DNA from: Amoeboradix gromovi X-113
Taxonomy: Eukaryota > Fungi > Sanchytriomycota
NCBI GenBank assembly: GCA_018985225.1
Contig: JADGIF010000155.1
Coordinates: 1-16,664 of the forward strand
Reading direction: 5' to 3'
DNA: 16,664 nt
The position numbers were made by a program, and so were the translations under genes. Below the pieces are notes generated by a model that was not told where the DNA came from, made no database searches, and saw only the letters and a list, made by a program, of their open reading frames with translations. Each line of letters starts with the position of its first letter. Position 1 is the first letter of the stretch. Below are positions 1 to 8,620 of this stretch, piece by piece.

Positions 1-74
1 TGATAGCATTTCCTCCGTATGGAGCACCTCCTTTAAAAACGAGTTAGTCTAGTTTTTATATTTGGTGTCCCATA
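1..74 (+). mobile_element. Right end (copy A) of a TA-flanked TIR element; candidate Fanzor1 omegaRNA scaffold; element body lies upstream of the window
   Basis: 67/74 nt identical to 4967-5040, and similarity stops right after ...GGTGTCCCA-TA. Positions 40-72 are the reverse complement of the TIR seen at 13271, 15859 and 16396. Confidence 0.8.
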
Positions 75-77
75 TAG

Positions 78-897
78 TTCAGGACACGAGACACTAATGG
101 AAGTGGGAAGAAAACGCGTTCACCCACACCCTTTCGAAGAATATGGGGTAAGATTACATTAGTCTCCAAGGAACCGCTTGTTTACGAAGATGCATCCACA
201 AGGATCGTGTACAAGTCGGCAATAAGCAAGTACTATTCTACTATAACGCGGCATGTACAGTGCAAAAGCCAAGTACTCACCCCAACAAGTACTGTAGCAG
301 TGTATGTACTCTTCAAGTGGCATATGATATAGACGGATCAGTCGCAATGTACGGACACGAATCTCGAAAAGTTCTCAATGGTTTTCATTTGCGTATAAAC
401 CATATCAATAGAGATATCGCAAGTATTAGGAAACGTGGAAGGTATATATCTATACAAAAATTACAAAAGATCAAGAATAGAATGAAAAAGAAAGCGTGGC
501 TATATCAAAGAATTGATGCTCTTACTTGAACAATGCACTACGAAGGGATAAAGTCTTTGCGTAAGTATCCAGTCATCTCACTGATAGCATTCGAAGCACA
601 AGAAATGATTAAGAATTTACTTAGAAATCAATAAAGAGAGATACAGTACTTAGACACTACGCTTTCAAAAAGGGACTTTAGCGTATATGCGAATTGTATA
701 TTCAGAAACCGTTTACTATAAACGAGGCAGACTCAACCATTGATAGGTTTAAGTGCAATCACCAATCGTGAGAAAGTGTATACTCTAGACAGTTCAAGAG
801 CATTACTTCTGGTCGTGAAACCATAGAGACATCATCCCAAGGAAACATACTTGAATGGCATCTACCCAAATTGCCTAAACTTAAGAATGTACCCTGA
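78..897 (+). pseudogene. Decayed Fanzor2 / IS607-TnpB-like RNA-guided nuclease pseudogene, 5'-truncated
   Basis: Manual translation across frameshifts and stops gives the expected motif order: WGKITLVSKEPLVYEDASTRIVYKSAISKYYSTIT (144-248); KYCSSVCTLQVAYDIDG (RuvC-I region, DPG missing); basic helix RMKKKAWLYQRIDALT*TMHYEGIKSLRKYPVISLIAFEAQEMIK; RHYAFKKGL*RICELYIQKPFTINEADST (RuvC-II E); eroded Zn finger; HRDI (822-833) and GNILEW (841-858; RuvC-III RD..a.NIL); stop at 895-897. Confidence 0.75.
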
Positions 898-1010
898 TTT
901 ATTGCAGATCTTCGCCTTTATCGCAGGGGCTTATAACTTAAACGTTTTCAGTATCAAGTCCAAATGTATAACTGTGTTCGAAAGAAGATAAGATTGCCGT
1001 TGCACATCAG
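898..1010 (+). ncRNA. Possible relic omegaRNA/right end of the Fanzor2-like element
   Basis: Lies directly 3' of the nuclease stop. Stem GCCTTT(914-919)/AGGGGC(925-930) has G-U pairs, and ATCTTC(908-913) can pair with GAAGAT(984-989). There is no second copy in the window to define boundaries. Confidence 0.25.
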
Positions 1011-1553
1011 TTATTTATTAGACTCAATCTCCTTTAGTCTCGGAAGCCTCTCTATTGCATCGTTGACAAGTTCCTTTTTGAATCCAAGTGTATTCAAATA
1101 TTTAAGAAAATTTAAAGTCAGGTGTCTTGCTGATTCCTGAACGTTTCCATTTTCACAATAAACAACAAAAGATTCCAATCCAAATCTATCGACGAGTCCA
1201 GTGTCTTTACCCTTAGAGAGTACACTTTCAGGTTTTAAGTACACAGGTAAACTTCCGATTCCGACAAATTTAACCTTTGCATTTGCGGTTAGAGATCTGA
1301 AATAGTTCTTGCGCTGACCATATCGTATCTGTGATCTTCTTAGAATAAGGGCTAGCTCTGGAATGTTCTTGAAAACATAAATACCATATGTGGGAGAAGA
1401 ACTTGCAATGGGCAAAAGTTTAGAATCATACAATTCTTGATACAAATGGCCGTCCAGTACTGCTGTAAGATACTCGGAAGCTATTAAGGAAACCAAATTG
1501 GAGTCAATTGTACTAACAATCACAAAGTTTATTGATCTCGGGAGCGAATCCAT
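1011..1553 (-). CDS. Proteasome assembly chaperone 2 (PAC2/PSMG2)-like protein, divergent, 180 aa
   Basis: Motif order resembles PAC2: VIVST..SNLVSLIASEYL, LYDSKLLPIASSSP, LALILRRSQI, VVYCENGNVQESARHL..FLKYL. Confidence 0.55.
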   Translation of the reverse strand: MDSLPRSINFVIVSTIDSNLVSLIASEYLTAVLDGHLYQELYDSKLLPIASSSPTYGIYVFKNIPELALILRRSQIRYGQRKNYFRSLTANAKVKFVGIGSLPVYLKPESVLSKGKDTGLVDRFGLESFVVYCENGNVQESARHLTLNFLKYLNTLGFKKELVNDAIERLPRLKEIESNK

Positions 1554-1577
1554 TTCTGTGAGAAAAATAATTTTTAT

Positions 1578-1958
1578 TTATTTTATACTCTTATTAAAAC
1601 TATGGTACAAGTGTAAAGATTGACTTAAAGATAAGAGTAAGAAACCAAAAGCAGTCGCATAAGCAGCTTCTTCTTGACGAGCCAAGCTGAACACAAAAGC
1701 TAAGTTTGAATTGAAGAATATTGCAGCACTCCATATTCTTAATGGAACTCTAGCGTCTCTCACTTGTCCTGAGGCTAGCAATATCAAGCACACAAAGAAA
1801 TGAACAGCAGAATGTATTAGCACCAATCCAACGAAGACGAGGATCCACTGAAGTGTTGAGAAAAAAGATGATATCAAACAAATGAAAAAGCCAAGCGTAT
1901 TTATCGCCAACGCCGTACTAAGAAAGGAATTCTCCCTCAGCTTTCTTGAAATGATCAT
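1578..1958 (-). CDS. Hypothetical small membrane protein, about 4 TM segments, 126 aa
   Basis: ATG-initiated ORF with four hydrophobic stretches. It is divergent from the MFS gene across a CCAAT-containing spacer, but lying antisense to A-rich DNA could also produce such hydrophobicity. Confidence 0.5.
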   Translation of the reverse strand: MIISRKLRENSFLSTALAINTLGFFICLISSFFSTLQWILVFVGLVLIHSAVHFFVCLILLASGQVRDARVPLRIWSAAIFFNSNLAFVFSLARQEEAAYATAFGFLLLSLSQSLHLYHSFNKSIK

Positions 1959-1996
1959 CGTTGTTTCTCTCTGTATTTGTTATTAGTATTTAATCA

Positions 1997-2038
1997 ACCA
2001 ATCAAGCACGGCTTCATTTAATCTTGACATGTGATTGG
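1997..2038. promoter_or_regulatory. Pair of opposite CCAAT boxes in a bidirectional promoter
   Basis: ACCAATCA at 1997-2004 and TGATTGG at 2032-2038, between divergent ORFs. Confidence 0.45.
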
Positions 2039-2110
2039 AGGAAATCCTGTTTCCAAAATTCAATGGCACATCTTAAAACAATCAACCCCCGTTCATTTGC
2101 ATATCAAAAT

Positions 2111-3451
2111 ATGACGTTTAACAAAAAAGATTCCTTACTCAATCTAAATGAGCATGACATACTTGATGAAGAAAAACTAAACGATTTGGAGTCTCAATAT
2201 GAGCCATTAATCTCAGAACTGGATTCTATCTCTGTAATTAATCTTAGGTGGTATCAGTCTAAAACCGCAGTTATATTCCTATGCTCACTTACTTTGTTTA
2301 TTGACATGGCTGGTTATGGTGTGGTTGTTCCTATTTTGCCTGATTACATAATAGGAAAATTACATATGAACGCAGATATGCTTGGGCTTTTATTTGCTAG
2401 TTATGCCTTTGGCCAACTTCTCGCGACTCCTGTTGTATCCTATATCGCTGATAAATATCACGATCGTAAGTATTGTATGCTTTTTGGAATGACTGGGCTG
2501 TTTCTTTCAACATTATTTTTTGCCAGTTCAACTTCCTACTCAGACCTCCTAATTGCTAGGTTTGTTCAAGGGGTATCCAGTTCTTGCTCTTGGACCACCA
2601 GCTTGGCATTGTGTGCCGATGTATGCATTAACGATCTAGGGAAGAATATGGGCTTAGTCTTTAGTTTCAATTCAGTTGGTTTTCTGTTTGGTCCCATTCT
2701 TGGCGGAGTGCTTTACGACTACTATGGCTTTCAAATGCCGTTCTACGTTCTGTCTGTTTTATGTATTTTAGGGATTATTTCTCGACTTATTGTTGATGAA
2801 AGCATTCTGACTCAAATCAAAATAGATTGGCTCAACGAGCAAACTGAAAGAGACAGCCAGGAATCGTCCTCATTGTGGAGTGTTGTCTCTGATAAAAGAG
2901 TTTTACTCGGCCTAACGATTGTAATTATAACTGAAAGCATTCTAGCCGGAATCGAACCAGTCTTACCATTGTTTTTGCATGATAACCTGGGCCTGGCTCC
3001 TTCTCATATTGGGTTGTTTATGGTATTAGCTGCTTTGCCAAATGTTTTATTTGCATCAAAAATTGGTGGGTTTTCCGAATCATATGGAGAATTGAAAACA
3101 ATTATCTACGGACTGCTTGCATTGATGATTAGCTCAATAGTTATGGGATTTTGCAACTCTGTATTGTTTTCTAGTATCGCAGTCTTTGTATTTGGAACCT
3201 GTTTATATGTGGCAAATGTTCCTGCACTTGGTTACTGTGGAAAGACTAGCAGTTCATATGGATCTATCTATGGATCATTTAGTTTAGCGTTTGCATTTGC
3301 ATCATTCATTGGACCGGCTTTGTCCAGTGTAGTTTATGATCGACTTGGATTTATGTGTGTGTGTTTGTTATTTAGTATTGCTAGCGGTTTGTTGGCTATT
3401 GTATGTTTTATATCCTTGAAAACTCGGAGTTTTCAATTAATTTTAGAATAA
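2111..3451 (+). CDS. MFS transporter, 12 TM, SLC18/vesicular amine transporter-like (DHA1 group)
   Basis: LFIDMAGYGVVVPILP, motif A-like SYIADKYHDRK, LLIARFVQG, GFLFGPILGGVLY, IEPVLP. The ORF-track TTG start (2024) is unlikely; ATG 2111 is preferred and ATG 2063 is possible. Confidence 0.9.
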   Translation: MTFNKKDSLLNLNEHDILDEEKLNDLESQYEPLISELDSISVINLRWYQSKTAVIFLCSLTLFIDMAGYGVVVPILPDYIIGKLHMNADMLGLLFASYAFGQLLATPVVSYIADKYHDRKYCMLFGMTGLFLSTLFFASSTSYSDLLIARFVQGVSSSCSWTTSLALCADVCINDLGKNMGLVFSFNSVGFLFGPILGGVLYDYYGFQMPFYVLSVLCILGIISRLIVDESILTQIKIDWLNEQTERDSQESSSLWSVVSDKRVLLGLTIVIITESILAGIEPVLPLFLHDNLGLAPSHIGLFMVLAALPNVLFASKIGGFSESYGELKTIIYGLLALMISSIVMGFCNSVLFSSIAVFVFGTCLYVANVPALGYCGKTSSSYGSIYGSFSLAFAFASFIGPALSSVVYDRLGFMCVCLLFSIASGLLAIVCFISLKTRSFQLILE

Positions 3452-3550
3452 TGAACAAATAAATTACTCGGGTCATCAATTACTATTTTTGTTTGGTTTT
3501 AAGCTAAGGGAGTGTTGAGTAAAAATATATAGTTTATTTAAATGCTATTT

Positions 3551-4153
3551 CTACGAATGAACGGGCACTTCAGCAAGCATCCAAGAGTATTGTAAATTAA
3601 AAACTTCCAACAGTTTAACAAAAGCCGGGTTGTCTCTTGCTCTTTGATTCAGAATCGATTGGTACTGGCTGGCAAACAAAGGCATAACTCTTGTTTGCTC
3701 CAAGAAACTTTTAGTTTCTACACTTAGATAGTGAATCAAGTACATTTTCGTGTGGTTTGCCGGATGCTCAAATTCCGGTAAATTCAGTAAAAATTGAGAA
3801 GTATACACAAAGTAATCCCAGCTCATTATTAGAGGAGTGAAATACATAACTGCTTCTTTAATCGAGTATAAAACAGATTTGACTCTGTCGTAGGCATATA
3901 GAGTGGTATCATTATCAGGTAATAATTTTCTAACTTTATTTTGCAAGCTATCTAAGAATGAAATGACAGCATCCAATTCTATTGGAATGTCAATTTCATC
4001 TATGGATCTGTCCACTAGAATCAAATCAACTAACAATTCTTTGGGTAAGTGAATTAAAAATTCACGAAGCATGGGCGGGCATTGGTGTGTTCTCTTTCTT
4101 GGAGAATACGATGAGCTAAAATCCATAGAATTTTCCTCTCTAGGTCTCTTCAT
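3551..4153 (-). CDS. STS1: Nuclear proteasome tether Sts1/Cut8 family, 200 aa
   Basis: Basic N-terminal NLS-like KRPR..PRKR, L.HLPKELLVDLI, signature YAYDRVK, LPEFEHPANHTK, terminal LQYSW. Confidence 0.7.
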   Translation of the reverse strand: MKRPREENSMDFSSSYSPRKRTHQCPPMLREFLIHLPKELLVDLILVDRSIDEIDIPIELDAVISFLDSLQNKVRKLLPDNDTTLYAYDRVKSVLYSIKEAVMYFTPLIMSWDYFVYTSQFLLNLPEFEHPANHTKMYLIHYLSVETKSFLEQTRVMPLFASQYQSILNQRARDNPAFVKLLEVFNLQYSWMLAEVPVHS

Positions 4154-4640
4154 GATGATTGTTTCACTTGGGGTGAATTTTCAAGAGTGAGTAGTACAGG
4201 TCTTCCTTTCATTTATTGTGATTGCATGAATTTCACCGCTCCTATGGTTATTTCTACTAGAGCGCTTCAATTTAATAATTGAAATATTTTCTTTTTTTCA
4301 GCACGCCTACCTTAAATATGAAGCTCTCAAATTACTTCGAGATCCCACACTCCTTCAGTGTAGACAACTTGGGTAAGTGCCATTTAAGCATATTTTTCCC
4401 TGCATTAATAAAGCAATACCTGGATTAATATCTCTATGATCTTTGTGACGACACGCATTACATTTGAACCATCTTCCTTGAATCTTCTTTTTGGATTGTG
4501 GCAACTCTAACGAAATTGGATAGCTTTTCATTCTTCATCAACAGTTGCGTTCCAATGAGAGGTTGCTAAAATCCTTTAAATGGTGTTATTCGTATCACTA
4601 AATGTTTTTATAAAATACGCCAATAAAATTGAAGAGACCT

Positions 4641-5040
4641 ATGATTTATTTAAGAAATTCACATTTGGGTTTACGGCAAGCGATTGAAAAAAGATTGATA
4701 AATGTTAGTATCACAACAGATGGCAATTGATGATCAATCAGTTTTCTTCAAATGGCAGACCCGATATTACAGCAAAAAATAACTAATGCGAAAGATGGTA
4801 AGAAGAAAAAGAAAAAGGAACAGATAATAGTGGTAAAGTAGTAGATAATGAAAATGCACATTTCGCTTAAACACTCAAAGACCTCGTATACTTGAAAGAT
4901 ATAGTGGGTCATCTTGTTTTATTTTAAAGAGAGGAATGCCATTAATGAAAGAAGGACTTTTATTAATAATAGTATTTCCTCCTTATGGTGCACCTCCTTT
5001 AAAAACGACTTGGTCTAGCTTTTATATTTGGTGTCCCATA
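4641..5040 (+). pseudogene. Internally deleted Fanzor1-like element relic ending in right-end copy B
   Basis: Peptide NVSITTDGN**SISFLQM...KDGKKKKKKE (4701-4820) resembles the Fanzor1 'I.TDG.S.S' motif plus Lys tract. QRPRILER (4876-4899) resembles the Fanzor1 C-terminal RP..L.R. The RuvC core between them is absent and no left TIR was found. Confidence 0.5.
4967..5040 (+). mobile_element. Right end (copy B) of the TIR element; candidate omegaRNA scaffold
   Basis: Direct repeat of 1-74 with 7 mismatches and no gaps; ends ...TTTGGTGTCCCA-TA. Confidence 0.8.
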
Positions 5041-5146
5041 CGAATTATTTGGCTCAGTAAAGGGATGAAATAGATGTCAAATTTCATGACTTTGTACAGT
5101 TTGCAGATTGTATCCCAAAATGATTAGTTTATATTAAATTTATTAA

Positions 5147-6097
5147 TTAGATGCCAAAATCAAGTTGGTTTAGAGGCCTCATAAAATCTATCTTAATGTC
5201 CTCAATCTGGATTCCTTGTTTTAGTTGGGATTTGACAATATTTCTTTTTCTTGCCATTATTGCATTCTTGATTAAATGCTCAATATCGCTACTTGAGGTA
5301 TTATTAGAAACGGAAATCAGCTTTTTCTTCAATTCAGCTGATATGAACTCATCTTTTAGGTAGAAGTCAATCAAATTTTCTCTTTGATTTGCATCAGGCA
5401 GTGGCACATGTATACGAACAGGCAATCGGCGCAAAACGGCGTCATCCAAATTTTGAGCCTTGTTAGTGGCACAAACCACTAGTACTGTTCCATTTGTTTT
5501 AACCAAATTATCCCATTGACTTAGAAATGTAGTTTTTACTTTTGTAGTTGCTTCATGTTCTGTTGCACTCCTAGCACGAAGCAACCCATCTGCTTCGTCT
5601 AGGAATATTATGCAAGGCGCTAACTTTTCAGCTAATGAAAAAAGAGCAGCAACCAAGTTTTCGGATTCTCCATAATATTTGGAACCCAGAGAGCTAGCGG
5701 AGATATTTAAAAAATTGGCATTGCACTCACACGCCAAAGCTCTAGCTAGCTTGGTTTTTCCATTTCCAGGCAATCCATACATTAACACACCTTTTGGAAC
5801 ATAGTCGAATAAATCAGGTCTTTTTATTGGTAGTATGACTTGATCGTATAAGATCTGAATTCCATCCTTTAACCCTGCAATTTCGCTAAATCCCTCATCA
5901 GATTCTACTAGATATTGCCCTAAATCCTGTTCGTAAGCATTCAAATCCCCTGACTTTAATAATTTACCAAAGTCTTTGTTATTTGTGATAGAGGTGGTTT
6001 TATATGTTCTGTATCTTGAGTATATGTAATCAATTGCTAACTTTGTAGTTATTACAACAGCTGTTTGTATGAATAAAGTTTTCACAATATTACTCAT
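5147..6097 (-). CDS. MSP1: Membrane-anchored AAA+ ATPase Msp1/ATAD1, 316 aa
   Basis: N-terminal TM segment, Walker A GLPGNGKT, pore loop SKYYGESE, Walker B IIFLDEAD, EHEATTKVKTTFLSQWD, SRH ATN...LDDAVLRRLP. Confidence 0.85.
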   Translation of the reverse strand: MSNIVKTLFIQTAVVITTKLAIDYIYSRYRTYKTTSITNNKDFGKLLKSGDLNAYEQDLGQYLVESDEGFSEIAGLKDGIQILYDQVILPIKRPDLFDYVPKGVLMYGLPGNGKTKLARALACECNANFLNISASSLGSKYYGESENLVAALFSLAEKLAPCIIFLDEADGLLRARSATEHEATTKVKTTFLSQWDNLVKTNGTVLVVCATNKAQNLDDAVLRRLPVRIHVPLPDANQRENLIDFYLKDEFISAELKKKLISVSNNTSSSDIEHLIKNAIMARKRNIVKSQLKQGIQIEDIKIDFMRPLNQLDFGI

Positions 6098-6616
6098 TAA
6101 AACAAGGAGGTACGATCAAAATAAATTTATTCCCATTAACAAGTTCGGTCCTACGAATTATAACTTCCAGAGACTGACAAGGCTAGTCAATCCGCCATAA
6201 TGCTTGCTATTGCTTCTGCTATCTTGGAGCTGAATTGGATTTTGATTCTTATATTTCAAATTTATTACTCTGTGAGCCATGTTTCTGTCTACTTGTATAT
6301 GAGGGTTTATTCTGTAAATCGGCTACTCTAGAGTAATGTACCTTGAACTCATTTGACTAGGAAATGCTCTTTATTTGGATAATAATTTTTAAAATATTTT
6401 CACTTCTGGGTATAGGCATATGAGTTTTGCCTCCCTAGTTTATAAATTCAGATCTGGCTTACTCTAGATGAGGCGATTTGTGGTTATTTGGGATTGATGA
6501 AGAGAAAGAATATCAAGGTTTATTATAACAAGAATACTCTAGGAACAGATTGTATTCGAGCAATAAGATTATTGTGATCACGATAAATGGTTTATTCAAT
6601 TAAATTGATAGCGTTG

Positions 6617-8527
6617 TTACATTAATATGCAATTTTCATCATCCTTTCTTTGTTTGCCTTTAATCTTTTTTAACTCACTCAGTCTTTGCAGAGATCGCTG
6701 GTTACCTTGACTAGCTGATCTAACGTACCATCTTCTTGCCTCTTCAAGATCTTTCTTGACTCCGATACCCATTTCTGAGTAATAACCAACTGCGTATTCT
6801 GCTTTGGCAAGTCCCTTGTCTGCGGCTTTCCTGGCCCATAGATAAGCCTCAGTATCACTGCGCTGTAAGACGCCTTCAGCACCTGTTAAATACCAGCCTG
6901 ATAATGCTAATTCAGAATCAGGGTGGCCCTGTTGTGCAGACTTCGTATACCAGGCAATACTTCTCCTAGGATCAATAGGACAACCCAAAGTACCATATTC
7001 ATAAATATACCCAAGTCTATACTGGGATGGAGCATATCCTAAGAATGCAGATTGAGTAAATAAATCTCTAGCATAGTTTTCATCAGGGATAACATTCGGT
7101 ATACCTTCTTTTTCATAAATTAGGCCCAATTCATGTAATGCATGCGGATTGTTATCGTCAGCAACTTGAGCTGCTCTTTTTAACCAGCTGATGGCTTCTC
7201 TAGGATTACGAACTTGCCCCAAAAGACCATTAAGCATAATTAAACCCATTTTGTACATTCCAGCAACGTCTCCCAAAGCAGCACTCTTTCTAAAGTATTG
7301 TACAGCCCTAGAAGAATCCTTTTTACATCCGGCGCCTAGTTCATTACAAACAGCAACTCTGTATGTTGCTTGAGGGTGGTTTAATTTAGATGCTTGCATG
7401 TAAAAGGAGAAAGCTTTTTCATGGTCAACATTGACATTTAATGCTCCACTACCATAACATTCCGCCAAAAAAACAAGTGCTTCACTGACTGCAGTCTTTT
7501 GCTGTTCATTTAGATTACTAACCTTGTTTTGAGTAACCTTTTTGATATATTTCAAAGCTTCACTTTGAAGTTGCTTTTGATTCTGCAGCTGCTGTTGCTG
7601 AGTACCTTTTTCCATCAGGGCTTGCTCTGACATTTGAATAAGATACTTACTAAATTCTAATAGTAGAATTGGATCACTGGTCTTCTTTAGCTGGCTTCTG
7701 TACATTTGCAGGGTTTCATAAGTAGGCTGATTGTCACTGCCCTGCATGAAAGGATTAAATGGAGCTTGTGGCTGTTGAGGAATCTGTTGCACATCAAAAG
7801 AATAAACACCGCTAGATACATCGGATGGTCTGCGCTCATGACTGATAGCTGAATCAGCATTCGAGACTGGACTGATTTGGCGAGGAGACATATTAAACTG
7901 CTGATTATCTGGAATAACATGCTGGCGCATACTTGTTGATGTCTGCCGGGTTTGATTTGTGTTTGAATAGGGAATTTGTTGAAGTGAAGCAGATTTAGGA
8001 TTTGAAAACTGCTGAATTGAGGCAGTCTTTGCATTTGAAAAATGTTGCAATGAGCTGGTTTTTGGACGTTGTTGCATTGAGTTGGTCTTTGAATTTTGAA
8101 AATGCTCCATTGAATTGCTTTTCCCACTTGAAAGTTGCTGATAAGACACACTACTTTGGAGTTGATTCTCATCTCTTTGGGCCATTACGGGGACTTGAGA
8201 TGGAATTCCCTCAACTGACTTACTTTTTGAAATAGGTAGCATGCTGTCAGAATGTTTTAGAGGTACACTAAAATGCTTTGAATCCTCCCTTGAAATATTG
8301 GAGACACCCAGTCCACCAACATTGGGTTTTAAATACAGCCTATCCAATTCTAAGGAAGGTACTTTTTTTGCTTCAGACTCATCAGGCATTTTATAATAAA
8401 AAGTTTTCTTTGAGGGTTTTTTGTCTGCAGCTCTAGGTGGTGCCCTGTCCTCACTGTTGTATTTTAAATGATGTTTTGGCTGAGTTTGACTCAAAGTCCT
8501 AGTTAAATTACTACTATTTTCCGACAT
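6617..8527 (-). CDS. CHS4: Chitin synthase activator Chs4/Skt5 (SEL1-like repeats, CaaX)
   Basis: Low-complexity Q/S N-terminus, tandem SEL1 repeats (AFSFYMQASKLNHPQATYR, SIAWYTKSAQQGHPDSELALSGWYLTG), C-terminal CaaX CILM. Start placed at ATG 8527; upstream ATGs at 8569 and 8611 are possible. Confidence 0.9.
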   Translation of the reverse strand: MSENSSNLTRTLSQTQPKHHLKYNSEDRAPPRAADKKPSKKTFYYKMPDESEAKKVPSLELDRLYLKPNVGGLGVSNISREDSKHFSVPLKHSDSMLPISKSKSVEGIPSQVPVMAQRDENQLQSSVSYQQLSSGKSNSMEHFQNSKTNSMQQRPKTSSLQHFSNAKTASIQQFSNPKSASLQQIPYSNTNQTRQTSTSMRQHVIPDNQQFNMSPRQISPVSNADSAISHERRPSDVSSGVYSFDVQQIPQQPQAPFNPFMQGSDNQPTYETLQMYRSQLKKTSDPILLLEFSKYLIQMSEQALMEKGTQQQQLQNQKQLQSEALKYIKKVTQNKVSNLNEQQKTAVSEALVFLAECYGSGALNVNVDHEKAFSFYMQASKLNHPQATYRVAVCNELGAGCKKDSSRAVQYFRKSAALGDVAGMYKMGLIMLNGLLGQVRNPREAISWLKRAAQVADDNNPHALHELGLIYEKEGIPNVIPDENYARDLFTQSAFLGYAPSQYRLGYIYEYGTLGCPIDPRRSIAWYTKSAQQGHPDSELALSGWYLTGAEGVLQRSDTEAYLWARKAADKGLAKAEYAVGYYSEMGIGVKKDLEEARRWYVRSASQGNQRSLQRLSELKKIKGKQRKDDENCILM

Positions 8528-8585
8528 ATTTTCAGAGCTGACCAACAATCGGAGTGTTTGATTTATCATTTTTGGTATTAGTTTC

Positions 8586-8620
8586 TGATTGGCCACATGC
8601 AAATTTAACATAACCAATCA
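8586..8620. promoter_or_regulatory. Pair of opposite CCAAT boxes upstream of CHS4
   Basis: TGATTGG at 8586-8592 and ACCAATCA at 8613-8620. Confidence 0.4.

Noticed and set aside
159-347. 62-aa minus-strand ORF
   Set aside because: Antisense shadow of the Fanzor2-like relic.
78-897. Stop-codon reassignment (TAA/TAG to Gln) rescuing the broken ORFs
   Set aside because: The relic also has TGA stops and frameshifts, and conserved genes end at TAA exactly where expected (CHS4 CaaX, HPD).
2024-2110. N-terminal extension of the MFS ORF from TTG
   Set aside because: Non-ATG start that overlaps a CCAAT box; probably promoter or 5' UTR.
4266-4283. TTCAATT-TAAT-AATTGAA inverted repeat
   Set aside because: Short and AT-rich; expected by chance.
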